Shown piece by piece: positions 1 to 13,397 of a stretch of 62,000 nucleotides of DNA (positions are counted from its first letter, which is position 1; each line of letters opens with the position of its first letter). The DNA is from Octopus vulgaris. Its lineage: Eukaryota. The stretch lies in NCBI GenBank assembly GCA_951406725.2, contig OX597825.1, positions 14,962,001-15,024,000 on the forward strand. The letters run 5' to 3'. A program made the translations under genes and the position numbers. The notes beneath the pieces were generated by a model, which saw nothing but the letters and a program-made list of their open reading frames with translations, was not told the DNA's origin and searched no databases.

Positions 1-12
1 TGAAGAATTTAT

Positions 13-418
13 TCTTTTACTCTTTTTACTTGTTTCAGTCATTTGACTGCGGCCATGCTGGAGCACCGCCTTTAATCGAGCAAATCGACCCCGGGACTAA
101 TTCTTTTGTAAGCCCAGTACTTATTCTATCGGTCTCTTTTGCTGAACCGCTAAGTAACGGGGACATAAACACACCAGCATCGGTTGTCAAGCAATGCTAG
201 GGGGACAAATACAGACACACAAACACACATACATATATATATATATATATACATATATACGACTGGCTTCTTTCAGTTTCCGTCTACCAAATCCACTCAC
301 AAGGCATTGGTCTGCCCGGGGCTATAGCAGAAGACACTTGCCCAAGATGCCACGCAGTGGGACTGAACCCGGAAACATGTGCTTGGTAAACAAGCTACTT
401 ACCACACAGCCACTCCTG
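13..418 (-). mobile_element. tRNA-derived SINE, family A (CORE-like block, internal (AT/GT)n, (AGTAAAAG)n tail), full length
   Basis: On the minus strand: Pol III A box TGGCTGTGTGG, B box GGTTCAGTCC, CORE-like CTTGGGCAAGTGTCTT, central microsatellite, then the tail GGCGGTGCTCCAGCATGGCCGCAGTCAAATGACTGAAACAAGTAAAA(A)GAG. Near-identical copies at 8.2, 25.0, 41.8 and 52.5 kb. Confidence 0.9.
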
Positions 419-599
419 ACAATGTTGGTTTAAAAGGAATTAAGCATAATATGTCTTTGGTACTTCCACTGACCGATCCCAGCGAGTGTAAATGTTTACT
501 GATAGTTTCAGTTATATAATGTGTGTGGATTTGCGTCTGTAAAGGATGGTACCACAAGCAAGAATATCAGCAAAAAATATATACCTACATGAGTTGAGT

Positions 600-930
600 T
601 TTGGACAACTAATAAAAAGAGCAAATGTCCCTGTAGTGATCGATGTGTGCCCAATATATTTTATATATGTGTAAAAGAGGCAACATTGGACTTTTCCCCA
701 CTGCCGATGATTTCATGTTAACCGTTCGACTAGATATGTTAACCCGCTATATAGAAGATGTTGAAGATGTTTAATGTAATAACAACTTCATGGAAACTAC
801 TGTCTACTGTAGTGGATTCATATCTGTTTGCTTGGAGGCAAAGGGCATACCGCACACTAGATCATGTTGCTACACCTTTGGGCGAAACATGTGTCGTATA
901 TCTAGGCACGCCATTGCACTTTCTGAGTTG
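600..930 (+). pseudogene. possible highly decayed LINE reverse-transcriptase fragment
   Basis: Manual translation gives PTADDFML (about 697-720, YADD-like) and, in another frame about 66 codons later, VVYLGTPL (YLG-like). The spacing fits RT domains 5 and 7, but the region is full of stops and frameshifts. Confidence 0.25.
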
Positions 931-1651
931 AAAACAACAGCGGATAAATACAATAAGAGACAAATACTGATTAATTTCTAACTCAATTTGCTTTCTCCTA
1001 CCGATGCTACAAGACAGTAATATATAAAACTTTACGTTATGTTTAAATGTTTGCATCTAAGAAAGTTTTCTGCCGCAAATATTTCTTTTTTATATATGAT
1101 ATAATCGCGGATACACTTAACGTTATATTTTTCAACAGTTGTATAATTATTACAGTCATTTTTATCAAAATATTATTCAATACTACCGTCTCAATGGATT
1201 TTCTTGTCTGTCTTATAATACATCTAATTCATATTCAGCAGCAGAACAAGCACAAAACACCTGATCGGTTTCGTTTTTATGTATTAGAAAAGCGTCACTT
1301 TAACTGAACTAAATTGTTTTTTTCTCTCATGACAATAATATATACCTTAGTCTGTCTACGCAATCGTTTATTTATTTGTCACTGATATCGAGTAATCTTA
1401 ACGTCTCAGTATACGATTCTAGTATACAATATTATTTTTCTTTCTGTACTTGCCTCGCCCTCCTTAATACTTCCTCATCACTAAAGTTCAAATTACAAGC
1501 TTTGAAAAGTATCTTGCACGTATCCAACTATATTATGAAAAATGTGGGTTCTGTCCTTATTCTAGCATGTCTTAGATTGTTTATGCTTATTCTGAAACAG
1601 CCTGATGTTTACCTAGAATACGCAAGAAAGTTATAGACACAAGTATGCGTA

Positions 1652-1671
<20 letters not shown>

Positions 1672-1744
<73 letters not shown>
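1672..1744. repeat. compound (TA)n(GT)n microsatellite
   Basis: Direct reading. Confidence 0.95.
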
Positions 1745-1746
<2 letters not shown>

Positions 1747-2230
1747 TACTTATGGTATCATAAGCAAGTATATAAACAAAGAATATATACCTTCATCAGT
1801 ATACTTGCTTATGATACCATATTGTTGTTTACGATAGCATCAGTGACTTAGAATGCGCCAAAAACTATACTTGACTAAGTTGTTATGGTGTAACAGCCCC
1901 TACTGTTTGTTTTCACTGTCCTGTTTTTGTTACCAACTTTGACCATCCGCAAATCCCAAATTTTACTTTGCTTTGCGGGAGAAACTCTTTCCTCTAAGAT
2001 ATATCTTGTCGTAATTGATCGAAACGTGGAGTAGACAAACAGCGGACAACTGACAAAGGGTCGTTCTTTATGCTACTAGTCTCGTCTTCCATTTATTTTA
2101 TCAGTTGTTCGCAAACAAGTTCGTATTCCATGTTTCCGTATTCATGTCGTTTACGATTTTTGACGTCATGCACCTTTATATGCATATGTATATTCATACA
2201 TATGTATGTATAAATGCATATATACATATT

Positions 2231-2315
<85 letters not shown>

Positions 2316-3312
2316 CATATGAATACCTGGTTTCCAACGTTTCATTTGTCCATGATCCATTACGCCTATGGTATGGGCAGATACCTAGAAGAACATTCAT
2401 GTGGCTCATTTAAAGACTACTCAAGTACATATTAGTTTCTCCTATTTTTCCAGTTAGTTATCATAATTCTCTGAAGATACCTATCTTGAAATCTGCAATT
2501 TTATCCTCTCGTCATTTTTATAGAACTGTTTTCATATACACAGTTTAGTAATATCAATGTATGCTGACATTAAAATTTGGTCATCTTTTTGACGGAGGTA
2601 AAGGCAAGGTTTTGCTACTGACAGTCACATTTTCGAACCACGTCTTTGTTATGTTATTCAGGTACGATAATTATTTCAAATAGGAGAACTGATAAACTAC
2701 TTTCACCATTTGACATCCATTGATAACTGGATTATATCTTTATATTTTCCTTCCTAATCGTTGATTCAGTTTAGTTGCAAATAGAGAATAAACTATAAAC
2801 TCCATAGCTTACACATTTTAATCATCTTAAATATCGTTATCTTGTTATAACACAGTATAATGTTACTCTTATTTAATTAAGAGCTAGCAACTTCAATATA
2901 AATAATCAATTTCGCAGCAATTCTTTTACAGACTTTAAATTACCCATAAAAATATTTCTTGTACTTTTCTCAAAAGACGATTTATGCATCGACTTAAAAC
3001 AGAAAGATGTCGAATCTGTCCTACCTCTCCAAACACTCGTTACGTACCAGATAGAAGAAGCTGTTATCATTTTACCATACCCTACACAGATAAAGGGGGC
3101 AGTTAGAGGTTCAATAAGGAGAAGTGAAGTGCTGTCCATCCTTATTTAATATATACAATCAATATATGATGTTAGAAAATACGAAGTGAAATTTCGGACT
3201 GTGAGCATTTTTCCCTTCAAATCGGAATAACTATACTGTGGTTCTATCATATACACTATTTTCTATTTTTGTGGCTGTAAAGAACTTATTACACACACTT
3301 GGGTGAATGAAC

Positions 3313-3382
<70 letters not shown>

Positions 3383-3855
3383 TATCATATCATATCAATA
3401 TGATTCAGTTGAGTTAGGTACTTAAATTGAAGCTCCTTGTTAGGTCGTAATAATATACACAGACAGCAATATTAGGTAAATACCAAACTTGATACGTATG
3501 TACTGGCCGAAAGATATTCTTGCAGCATATGTAGGCAATTTGACCTAGCTGAGAGAAGAAATTTGCTCTTTAGCTATTCAAACATGTACACCATATTAAA
3601 TATACAATCCCTAATATTCACGAAGGGCAGATTGCGAGAGAAGTAAATAAAATACAAGCAACTAACAGCATAACTACAAGTGTCAATGCATTACGGCTCT
3701 TTCTAACAACTCCTTTAATTCCTTAATGAAAACATTACATCATTGCAAAGAAACTGTTGTTGTCAAATGAATTCATGTAATGTTTTCTTTAATCAATTAA
3801 AGGAGTCTTTAGAAACGGCCGTAATTTATTGACAACTGTACCTCTACCGCTATTC

Positions 3856-3920
<65 letters not shown>

Positions 3921-4090
3921 AATGATTTTGGGCGTGTGTGTTTACGTATATGTATGGAAAAGCATACAAATATGAACTCACATGCAAGATACAAACTTAT
4001 AATACATACATCCGTACCTATATACATGAACTACATGAACATTCTTCTATGCATAAGCATATCTAAATATGTAAAGTGGAATTTTCTTTG

Positions 4091-4123
<33 letters not shown>

Positions 4124-4149
4124 CGCATACATCCATGCTCACACATATT

Positions 4150-4365
4150 TCTAAATATATGTATATATATATATATGTATAAACGTTCATATAAATACAA
4201 CATATACAATGCATATATACTTATGTCTAAATAGTTGGTAACTATCAATGCTGCAGAAACGAATTAGTGGCGTATATATATATATGCATATATACATATA
4301 CATATGGATATATATATATGTACATACACATATATGTATATATGCATATATATATGTACATACAC

Positions 4366-4397
<32 letters not shown>

Positions 4398-4519
4398 GCA
4401 TATATACATATACATGTATATATATATATATATATATATGCATATATACATATACATATGGATATATATATATGTACATACACATATATGTATATATGCA
4501 TATATATATGTACATACAC

Positions 4520-4574
<55 letters not shown>

Positions 4575-4585
4575 TTATATATATC
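4150..4585. repeat. degenerate (TA)n tract with a higher-order duplication
   Basis: A block of about 100 bp (GCATATATACATATACATATGGATA...GTACATACACATATATG) recurs with about 154 bp spacing (about 4286 and 4440). Confidence 0.85.
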
Positions 4586-5553
4586 AGGATATTTCGTGAA
4601 ATTGAATTTCATAGACTAAAAATTATAAACGCGTTACGTGTTACCAAAATTATAACTTGATAAAAATAATTGTGAAAAAAGAACAATAAGATGTAGGTTT
4701 ATCTTTAGTAGGTACGTGAATATATATTTTTGTCGAAAATATTATCTCAAAGACATTTTCCTCTTCTCGAGACAAATATAATGAAATTATTGCATTATTC
4801 CTTTCACTAAGATTTTTAAAATAGAAGGGAAAATGTTAGAAATATGCTACGCTGATTTTAGTTACTGAAAGGCTGTAAATGCTTTTAAAAATAAATATCT
4901 TTTTTTTCCAGTTGTTGTTGTTTTTAAGTAGATAAAATGATGATATTACGGTTTATATTCTTCTCTATCTATATAAACTATAAAGAATGGATGATATACC
5001 CTTTAAAATAGTGTGGTGTAAAAATATATGATAATAAAGCAGTAATCTGCTCACACACACACACCTCCATATGTTCGTGCAGACAAGAAGTGCAGAAGTG
5101 CAGAACAAACTGCATAAATAAATCAATAGGGAAAACTGTAATATAAAGGAAAAATATAACAAGCATTATTAAGCGAAAATAAAACGAAAAAAGATTTGCT
5201 TATAAAGAGAAACCGAGATTAGATTACCAGCATAAAATCCAAAAAATGTAATTTATAATATTGTAATAACCTAAATGAAAATATGAAACTGTGTAAAACT
5301 ACAAAGAACTGTATTCTAGTTTCCTGGAAAATACCTGAAGCAATCTATGTTTTATGTTTTTTTTGTTAATCTATTTCTATTCGGGATATATATTTCTTGA
5401 ACTCTATCTTTGCACTAGTTCTCGTGTTGCTATATGATCTTTTGCATTTTATATAGAAAATAAATTTATGTACTTTGTACGCAGAAAAGCCGGATATAAT
5501 TACATAGAAATTTATTTGATTGGTTTTTCATTATTATATATTGCCTAAAGATA

Positions 5554-6330
5554 AGGCGGCGAGCTGGCAGACATGTTAGCATGCCGGGCGAAATGCTTAG
5601 CCGTATTTCGTCTGCCGTTACGTTCTGAGTTCAAATTCCGCCGTGGTTGACTTTGCCTTTCATCTTTTCGGGGTCGATAAATCAAGTAGCAGTTACGCAC
5701 AGGGGTCGATGTAATCGACTTAATCCCTTTGTCTTTCCTTGTTTGTCCCCTCAGTGTTTAGCCCCTTGTGGATAGTAAAGAAATATATATTACCTAAAGA
5801 TGGCGACGGCGGCATATCATCAGTGTTTACGTTCTGAGTTCAAATTGTGACGAGGGCGATTTCGCCTTTGATCATACAATTTGCGTTGTTGGGATCGATA
5901 TAATCGAATTATCTCCTACCAGGAAATTCCTGGCCGTGTGTCAATATTTGAAACCATTATGTATTTCGTTTAACGTCGGCGAATCTCCTTAATGTATCCT
6001 AGGACTATTTAAGGCGGCGAACTGGCAGTATCGTTAGCACGCCAGGCAAAATACCTGGTGGCATTTCACGCGTCATTTCGTTCTAAGTTCAGTTTCCGTC
6101 GAAGTCACCTCTGCTTTTCATTCTTTCGATATCGATTAAATAAGTACCAGTTGAGCATTGGCCTTAAGTTGTGAGTTAAAATTCCGCCGAAGTCAAATTT
6201 GCCTTTCATCCCGTCGGGGTCGATAACTTAAATACCAGTTACGCACTGGGGTCGATGTGATCGACTTAATCCATTTGTCTGTCCTTGTTTGTCACCTCTA
6301 TGTTTAGCCCCCAGTGGGCAATAAAGAAAA
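5554..6330 (+). mobile_element. cluster of four family B SINE units (tRNA head plus Nin/Deu-like domain)
   Basis: Units at about 5554-5785, 5797-5960, 6011-6161 and 6165-6330. They share GGCGGCGAGCTGGCAG, a GAGTTCAAATTCC B box, GACTTTGCCTTTCATCCTTTCGGGGTCGATAAATTAAGTACC (Nin/Deu-type) and, in the first and last units, the tail GTGGG..ATAAAGAAA. Confidence 0.85.
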
Positions 6331-6429
6331 TAAGATTTGAAACTAATATATCATATTGCTAATTATAAAGGAGACGAACGTATGTTTAATGCACTCGAGA
6401 ACCAACTTTAGAGAGGGGGATTCTTCACA

Positions 6430-7440
6430 AGACATAGCTTTCAGCATTTAGAAGCCACATCATAAACCAAATATAAAACGTACTCTTATGCACAAACAGT
6501 TTGGTCGCCTTCTGTCATCTTTAAAAGTCTTAAACAATAATAATAGGATTTCTAGTCTCGCCTCTTCTAAAAAACTTTCTAGTTTTTTAACGGTTACTCA
6601 GCATACTGTACTGATGCTTTATTGCAGAGAGTGTATGGTGAGAAATTATATTATGCACATAATGTTAAAGTTAAACAGCAAGTTAATAATCAGATTTATA
6701 TTCCGAGTAACATTAACACGACTCCTGACGATAAATTTAAAAGCTCTATGCTTACCTTATAAATTATCTTTTCTGGCATATGCTAAATGGCTACGCAACT
6801 ATAATGCTACTAAAATGAAACGAAATCATGAATTAACCTCATAATATGCATAGATACAAACCTTCACTGACACTACAAATTAAGTCTTCCACATATCAAA
6901 ATAATACTAGCGCTTTCTGACTAAACTTATTAGCGCCACTATAGATAATGACTATATTTCAGGGGATTACTAACATAATATCACATGCAATAGAAAAAAG
7001 AAAAAAAACTAGTAATCAAAATACCTGTTGTATTCGCATACACAGGAAATATCAGCCTTTGTGGTAATCCAATATTTAAAGGTAATAAAAATCCCTGTGG
7101 TGTCTCAGATATCGATAGTGGTAAACATAATTCTCAATCTACACACTCCAAATATACATCTCTCTAATTCATGTAAAAACGTAAGGCATGGTTCTTCGAT
7201 CATTCATAACGATGTCCTATATTTCAAGCGTCCCGAGACAGAAAACGGGATAAAACTTGGTATAATGTTCCATTTGAACTATCAGCTCAAAGCAAAACTC
7301 CTCACATATCCTTTAAAATTAAGGCCTATTTCCCACCAAAACATCACCTCTACGGCATATCCAACAAAGTTACTCGGACACTTTCTTCTATACACTTAAT
7401 TTCACAACAATTACAATCGTTCAAAATTAAAGTTTCACGA
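6430..7440 (+). mobile_element. decayed Penelope-like element, RT C-terminal region
   Basis: Translations KPHHKPN...NNNRISSLASSKK (about 6450-6580) and RDRKRDKTWYNVPF...AYFPPKHHLYGISNKVT (about 7235-7380) match the PLE motifs KPYHKPN, RISxLSS, RKRxIIWFNPPF and HFPxxHxLxKIFN. The gap between them is longer than usual, implying an insertion or two copies. Confidence 0.6.
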
Positions 7441-7483
7441 TATTTTCAAACAGAAATAATCACTTTAATACTTACCGACCCTC

Positions 7484-7534
<51 letters not shown>

Positions 7535-7672
7535 TCGTCTCTTTTATTAGATAGCTAAACTTTTAGCAGTCTAATATTAATGGTTACAATAACATATTTA
7601 CAATAATAGGGTTTATGGAATTTTATTTTTTTTTAAAGATTTTAAAAAATAGATATTTTAATTTGGATCATT

Positions 7673-8037
7673 ACGCGCACAGGGGCTAGACCAGCGGGCC
7701 CGCTGTCATAGGATCGCGGTTTCGATTCCCAGAGCGGCCGTTGTGAGTGCTTTTTGAGTGAAACTACTTGAAGCTCCACGACGTTCCGGCAGTGGGGTGG
7801 CGAACCCTGCTGTAGTCTTTCACCACAAATTTCTCTCACTCTTTCTTTCTGTTTCTGTTGTACCTGGATTTCAGCCTTATCAAACTCCCTGTCTCTCTGA
7901 ATCTTCCCGAGAACTACGTTAAGGGTACAGATGTCTGTGGAGTGCTTAGCCACTAGCACGTTAATTTCACGAGCAGGCTGCTTCATTGGTCAGATCAGCT
8001 GCAACCCTCGTCGTCGTAACCGATAGAATGCCACGAC
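7673..8037 (+). mobile_element. chimeric SINE: family D head and body with a family C tail
   Basis: 7673-7860 matches the element at 46025-46335; 7890-8037 matches the 3' half of the elements at 23966 and 50162 (GAACTACGTTAAGGGTAC...CCCTCGTCGTCGTAACCGA). Confidence 0.75.
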
Positions 8038-8191
8038 GACACGCACACGTGTTTATATAACTTTTCAGATATATGTAATTTAATGCGCTTTTATGTTCCT
8101 GCTTATATTTATATGAATATAATGATATAGGTCTATAGTTACATATTTGTTTATAAGATTTAAGTTATATGGGAATTATGGTGAGTGTGCT

Positions 8192-8309
8192 CTCTTTTTA
8201 CTCTTTTACTTGTTTCAGTCATTTGACTGCGGCCATGCTGGAGCACCGCCTTTAGTCGATCAAACATCGGTTGTCAAGCAATGCTAGGGGGACAAACACA
8301 GACACACAA

Positions 8310-8340
<31 letters not shown>

Positions 8341-8499
8341 CAACAGGCTTCTTTCAGTTTCCGTCTACCAAATCCACTCACAAGGCATTGGTCAGCCCGG
8401 GGCTATATCAGAAGACACTTGCCCAAGATGCCACGCAGTGGGACTGAACCCGCAACCATGTGGTTGGTTAGCAAGCTACTTACCGCACAGCCACTGCTG
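8192..8499 (-). mobile_element. family A SINE with an internal deletion
   Basis: Same head and tail as 13-418; about 110 bp missing between TCGATCAAA and CATCGGTTG. Confidence 0.9.
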
Positions 8500-8617
8500 A
8501 ATTCTGTGTACATGTCTGTGCCTAAATGTTCCCAAATGAATATATATATATATATATGTAATTTTTCGTGTTTGGATTTGGTTTGCAAGATGCTATATGT
8601 GAGTTCTTGTGTTGAAT

Positions 8618-8792
8618 CATATTCTGTTGTGTCTGGGGAGAGTCATTTTCCTTTTGTGCCTTACAATGTAACACACACACCGGTAAAATTTAGGAAAATA
8701 AAAATAAGAAATAAGTGGAAATTTTACCGGTGAGTAAATTTTACATTATAAGGCACAAAAAATATGACTCTCCCCAGACACAACAGAATATG
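8618..8792. mobile_element. MITE-like fold-back element
   Basis: Perfect 29-bp terminal inverted repeat CATATTCTGTTGTGTCTGGGGAGAGTCAT, plus internal inverted blocks (TTTTGTGCCTTA/TAAGGCACAAAA and CACCGGTAAAATTT/AAATTTTACCGGTG). Confidence 0.8.
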
Positions 8793-10145
8793 TAATTTAT
8801 ATTTGCCCTTAAATTCCTTCACAACTGTTCCATTATATTTTAAGACTTGTAAAATATGAGATACTCTTATTTTTCCCATTTATGTTTATCGTATATATGC
8901 ATTCAGTGTGTAACTTCTTCCAAAAGTTTATTATTATTATGGATTATGTTTTCTGGATATGTGGTCGGGTCTAGCTTATCTATGGGTGTGCATGTATGTA
9001 TATGTGTTTGTGTTATAGCGGGATTATTTGTATGCCATCTATACTATTTGAAATATGATTTTATAGTTATGTTTGTATGTATAGTTAGCTATTTATCTCC
9101 TTATTAGTATTTCTCGCTCTATACTTATATCTGTATTAACATTGATATGCGTATATTTATGTGTGTGTGTGTGTGTGTGTAATTTGAAATAGATTTTATA
9201 TCTATTTTATTTCAATTGTATTTTATTTGTGATTTCAGATATATTGTATTCGATATTGTCGTTCATCGAAAGCTTACCGTATTTTTGTTGAATAATGGTA
9301 GAAACCTGTATAGGTGAGATTTGCTTATGACGTCGGTCGCATCTAAGAGACAAATGTGTATATAAGTTATATTACACTCAGAAATAAATAATACGCACAT
9401 TTTGAGAGCTTTTCCCGTTGTTGATACACAATTAAAATTATAAAGCAACTTAGAACGCTTATCAAGACTTTAATATCTACTATATCACGCAACTGTAGGA
9501 ATAACATATTTCTAAGAACTAGGGGTTTTTAAAATTTTATCCAATTGCAACTGCTTTGTTGTGTATTCGGAGACTTTAATGTATTGTCGTTATCTAATTA
9601 TCAGGCCGCTATTAAGATATCTCAAACATTCGAATTACCTGCTGATAGTCTAACAAATCACCTGAGGTAAACAATTGACTTGTGAACTTCGAATACATTG
9701 TATTATACGGCCTTAATAATTTGGAATTTTATTAAAGTAGGTTTGAATTTAAAGCGTCACTCCTGTAAGCAAGAGAATACCAACTTCAAACAATGAATGT
9801 TGAACCAATATTGTTGAGTGAGAAAATGTGAATAACTTTAAATGAACTCACCATATCTTTTAAATAGGATGAATATTATTTCTAACACCCTCTGTTGTTG
9901 AATGTGTTTACTATTCTGAAACAATGCTTATTCTATAGTTCATCTACCTATGGGGATTAAGATCATGAGTAGGTTTTGTCTTAAGATCTTCAGGTGAACA
10001 ATCTTCTTCATACGATTTATACCAAGATTCCGTAACGAAATGGAAATGTTTCACGTATTAGAAAATACCAGCTTTATTACCGATAGGTAGGTATATGATC
10101 TCAGTGGAGATGTTTGATGACCGGCGAAGTATATGAAAAGCAGGG

Positions 10146-10557
10146 GATCTTTTCCGTTTGAACGGCAGTTTTTAACATAATTTCTAGTTAACTAAAAAAT
10201 TTTAAACTTCGTACACTGGTAGAATGTGTTCATAAAACATCTTTTTCTCTTGGCTTTATTGAGAAAATTCTATAGCTTGTAAGATATTTGTGTTTTTCTT
10301 TCTTCAAGTTCTGCAATTTCAACCAATCACTCACGTCTATTGAGGTAAAAAAAAACATTCTGTGCCGTATGAATATGTCCCTCGTTTAAGAAACAGATTG
10401 GGTTTAGTTACATTTGTGAAGAAAAAAGAAACCTTTCCCCCGCACCCCTAATCCTAACCCTAACCCTAACTAACCCTGACCCTAAAACAGTCATAATTAT
10501 GGGTGACAATTTCATATGATATCACTAGAAAGAACTGCCGTCCAAACCGAAAAGTTG
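10146..10557. mobile_element. non-autonomous DNA element with about 28-bp imperfect TIRs and internal CCCTAA-like repeats
   Basis: GATCTTTTCCGTTTGAACGGCAGTTTTT at 10146 is the inverse of AAGAACTGCCGTCCAAACCGAAAAGTTG at about 10530; CCTAATCCTAACCCTAACCCTAACTAACCCTGACCCTAA at 10447-10485. Confidence 0.65.
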
Positions 10558-11182
10558 CAAAAGAGGTACCACATGATACAATTATTTATTCAAATTAACA
10601 ACTCGAGCAACGACAAAACAATTAACGTTCTGCTGCATTTTGCAGCGTTTTCTACATTCTCCAGTTCTCACTACACAGGAAACTGTTATACTGACCTTCT
10701 TCGTAAAGTGCTAATGCCTATAAAATTACTTCGAGCAAAAGAGGAAATGCGACCCATTATCAAAGTAATGGACACTGAGTTTCATGTTTCACATTATTTA
10801 ATCGTTTTATATCATATCAAACTCCAATAACTTTACCATTTCAATATACCGACAATATTTCTTTTATACATATTTGCTAAAATTCAATGACCTTGCTGTA
10901 TTTAGTTTCTCAATTTTCACAAAATTTATGAACGCACGCCAATATTTCAAACGAATGATCATGTGAATTTTTTAGTCTACTGTCACGTTACTGATTTTAA
11001 TTAAAAAAAATAAAATATTAGTAATATTTTTCAAATCAATATAGAAAAGAAATTGCAATTTGATGAAAGACGACATACATGATTTATAAATGGAGACATT
11101 TTGTGATGACTTAGTTATTGCTTCCGTGATATTTTATATATTATGACGCCAAATGTATAATATATTATGCACACACACACAT

Positions 11183-11341
<159 letters not shown>

Positions 11342-13188
11342 CATACATATTAGTTTATCTCAGAGTTAAGAATTATATAAAACTCACTTCTCTTGCACAA
11401 AATTAAGAAAATTAAAAAATATTTTCAAACAAAAGAGAAGAAAAAAGAATGAAATGAAATTTGATAAAAACGTTACGTATAACATGTTAAGTACAATCAC
11501 ATATTGAAAATACATTTAAAGTAAATAATAAAATGAACGATTTAGGAAAACATGAAATAAATGCAAGTAAAACAGTTTACTTTGATTGCACAACTATGCC
11601 ATTGTAGAAGAATGTGAGGTGTTAATTACAGAATTTGGTAAGGGATATAGCTCACTTTAGTTTTGTTCATAATCTACTATAGATGATATTTACTTTGGTT
11701 TCATATTCATACCAGTTATTTGTTGATAGAGAATTATATGAACCACACACACACAGATACACACACACAATCTATGTATGTATGTGTCTCTCTCTCATAC
11801 TCACATATATGAAAATATCATACTTGCTTGTAAATTTTAAATACTTCAAACGCAAGCCTGTTTAAGCAACATATATAGAATTTTATGCATACGGAGACAT
11901 ACTGAGAAACTTTGTTATGATTGCCATATGCAAATGCTATTTTTTCTCTATACCTAGAATAGAGAAAAATGGTAAAGTGTCAGTGATATTAATCTTAAGT
12001 ATTCTCGTTTGGTTTCAATATCAATGCTCCAAGGCGTTTGGCTAAATTAATAAAGATAATACAGATTAAAACAAATTTCTTGTAACTGTCTCAAATTAAG
12101 TCCTACATGTAAATTTTAAAAAGAAACAAAAACAAATATTCATTATATAGTTTTGCCATGAGAAAATTATTTAACATTACAGTTGGAAATTGAGCTGTCC
12201 AATTTCGATAAATTGCTGTCCAGGGAATACCAATGTATCTAATTCATCTTGCCAGGTATATTAACAATAAAAAACGCTAGGAATTGATGCCTGGATATTC
12301 CATGCCCTATATTACAGTGTTGTCATATTGGAGTTAATCACTGAAGCAACGCAAATAATGGAGAGTTGTTAAAGTAGACAATAAACTAATATATATCTGA
12401 ATTGTAAGCTCTAGTGTTAAATTTCAAATTCCGAAATACTTAGGCCATTTCTTATTTCTTTGCCAACAGCCCACTCAAGTGAAACAGCATGGTGTTATTG
12501 AAGCAACACAACCAAAGCAATATATTACTATATTGATATAAATGGTAATACTCAGTTTGATTTCATTTTATTTACTAGAACAACGTTCTTCCACATAGGA
12601 TGCTGGTTACTTTAGCAATTATTCTGTTTATAAAACGATTACTCAAGCTGCATCATCTGTTAATTTTCCATAAATTTATGCTACCTTAATATGCTAATGG
12701 AAAATTCCAAATGCATCTTGACAGCGAATCCCATAAAGTGCAGTTTTATCACTTGTTTGTTTGAAAGTCATTCATCCAGTATCATTTGAACGTCAATCAC
12801 CGTATATCATTAGACACGTAAATCTTCGTCGATTCTATGGAAGAAAGGAAATCAATCCGAAGCAGATGTTGCTTAGCAGATCCGACAATTGTCCTACAAA
12901 GTTATTGGAAAAATGATTGAAATATCAGCAAACTCATGTATCAAGTAAAATATGATCCTAAGCATTCGTATAGAATAATTACCTTAATGTTGAGAATGAA
13001 TTGTCATAGTTTTGTATTTGTTTGACGATATGCCATCGTATATGAGTCGAAACAATATGCTATATTTCTACACGGTATATCTTTCTGGATAACGCCCATA
13101 CGGTAAACTATCAAAGAACATCTATCATAATATTCAGGTTATAGGAAACATCCTTAAGATGAACAGTTTTTAATATTGTTTACCAGTC

Positions 13189-13397
13189 AAAGGCGGTAAG
13201 CAGACAACCGCTAACGGGCAAAATGCTTAGCAGCATTTCTTCCAACATTACTTTGTGAGTTCAAATGCCACCGAGGTTTACTTGGTCTTTTATATTTTCA
13301 GATTCGATAAAATAATTACCAGTGAAGTAATGAGGTTGATGTAATCGATTTATTCACTCTGCCGATATTGTTGGCCATGAGCCAGAATTTGAAACAA
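13189..13397 (+). mobile_element. old, diverged family B SINE
   Basis: AAGGCGG head, GAGTTCAAATGCCACCGAGG, GATAAAATAATTACCAG and GGTTGATGTAATCGA remain recognisable. Confidence 0.7.

Noticed and set aside
194-433. Recurrent MLGGQ... ORFs (also at 8281, 16388, 25157, 41870)
   Set aside because: Antisense read-through of family A SINE copies across their internal microsatellite.
6722-6745. CTGACGA hammerhead-core heptamer
   Set aside because: No stem II and no correctly placed GAAA downstream.
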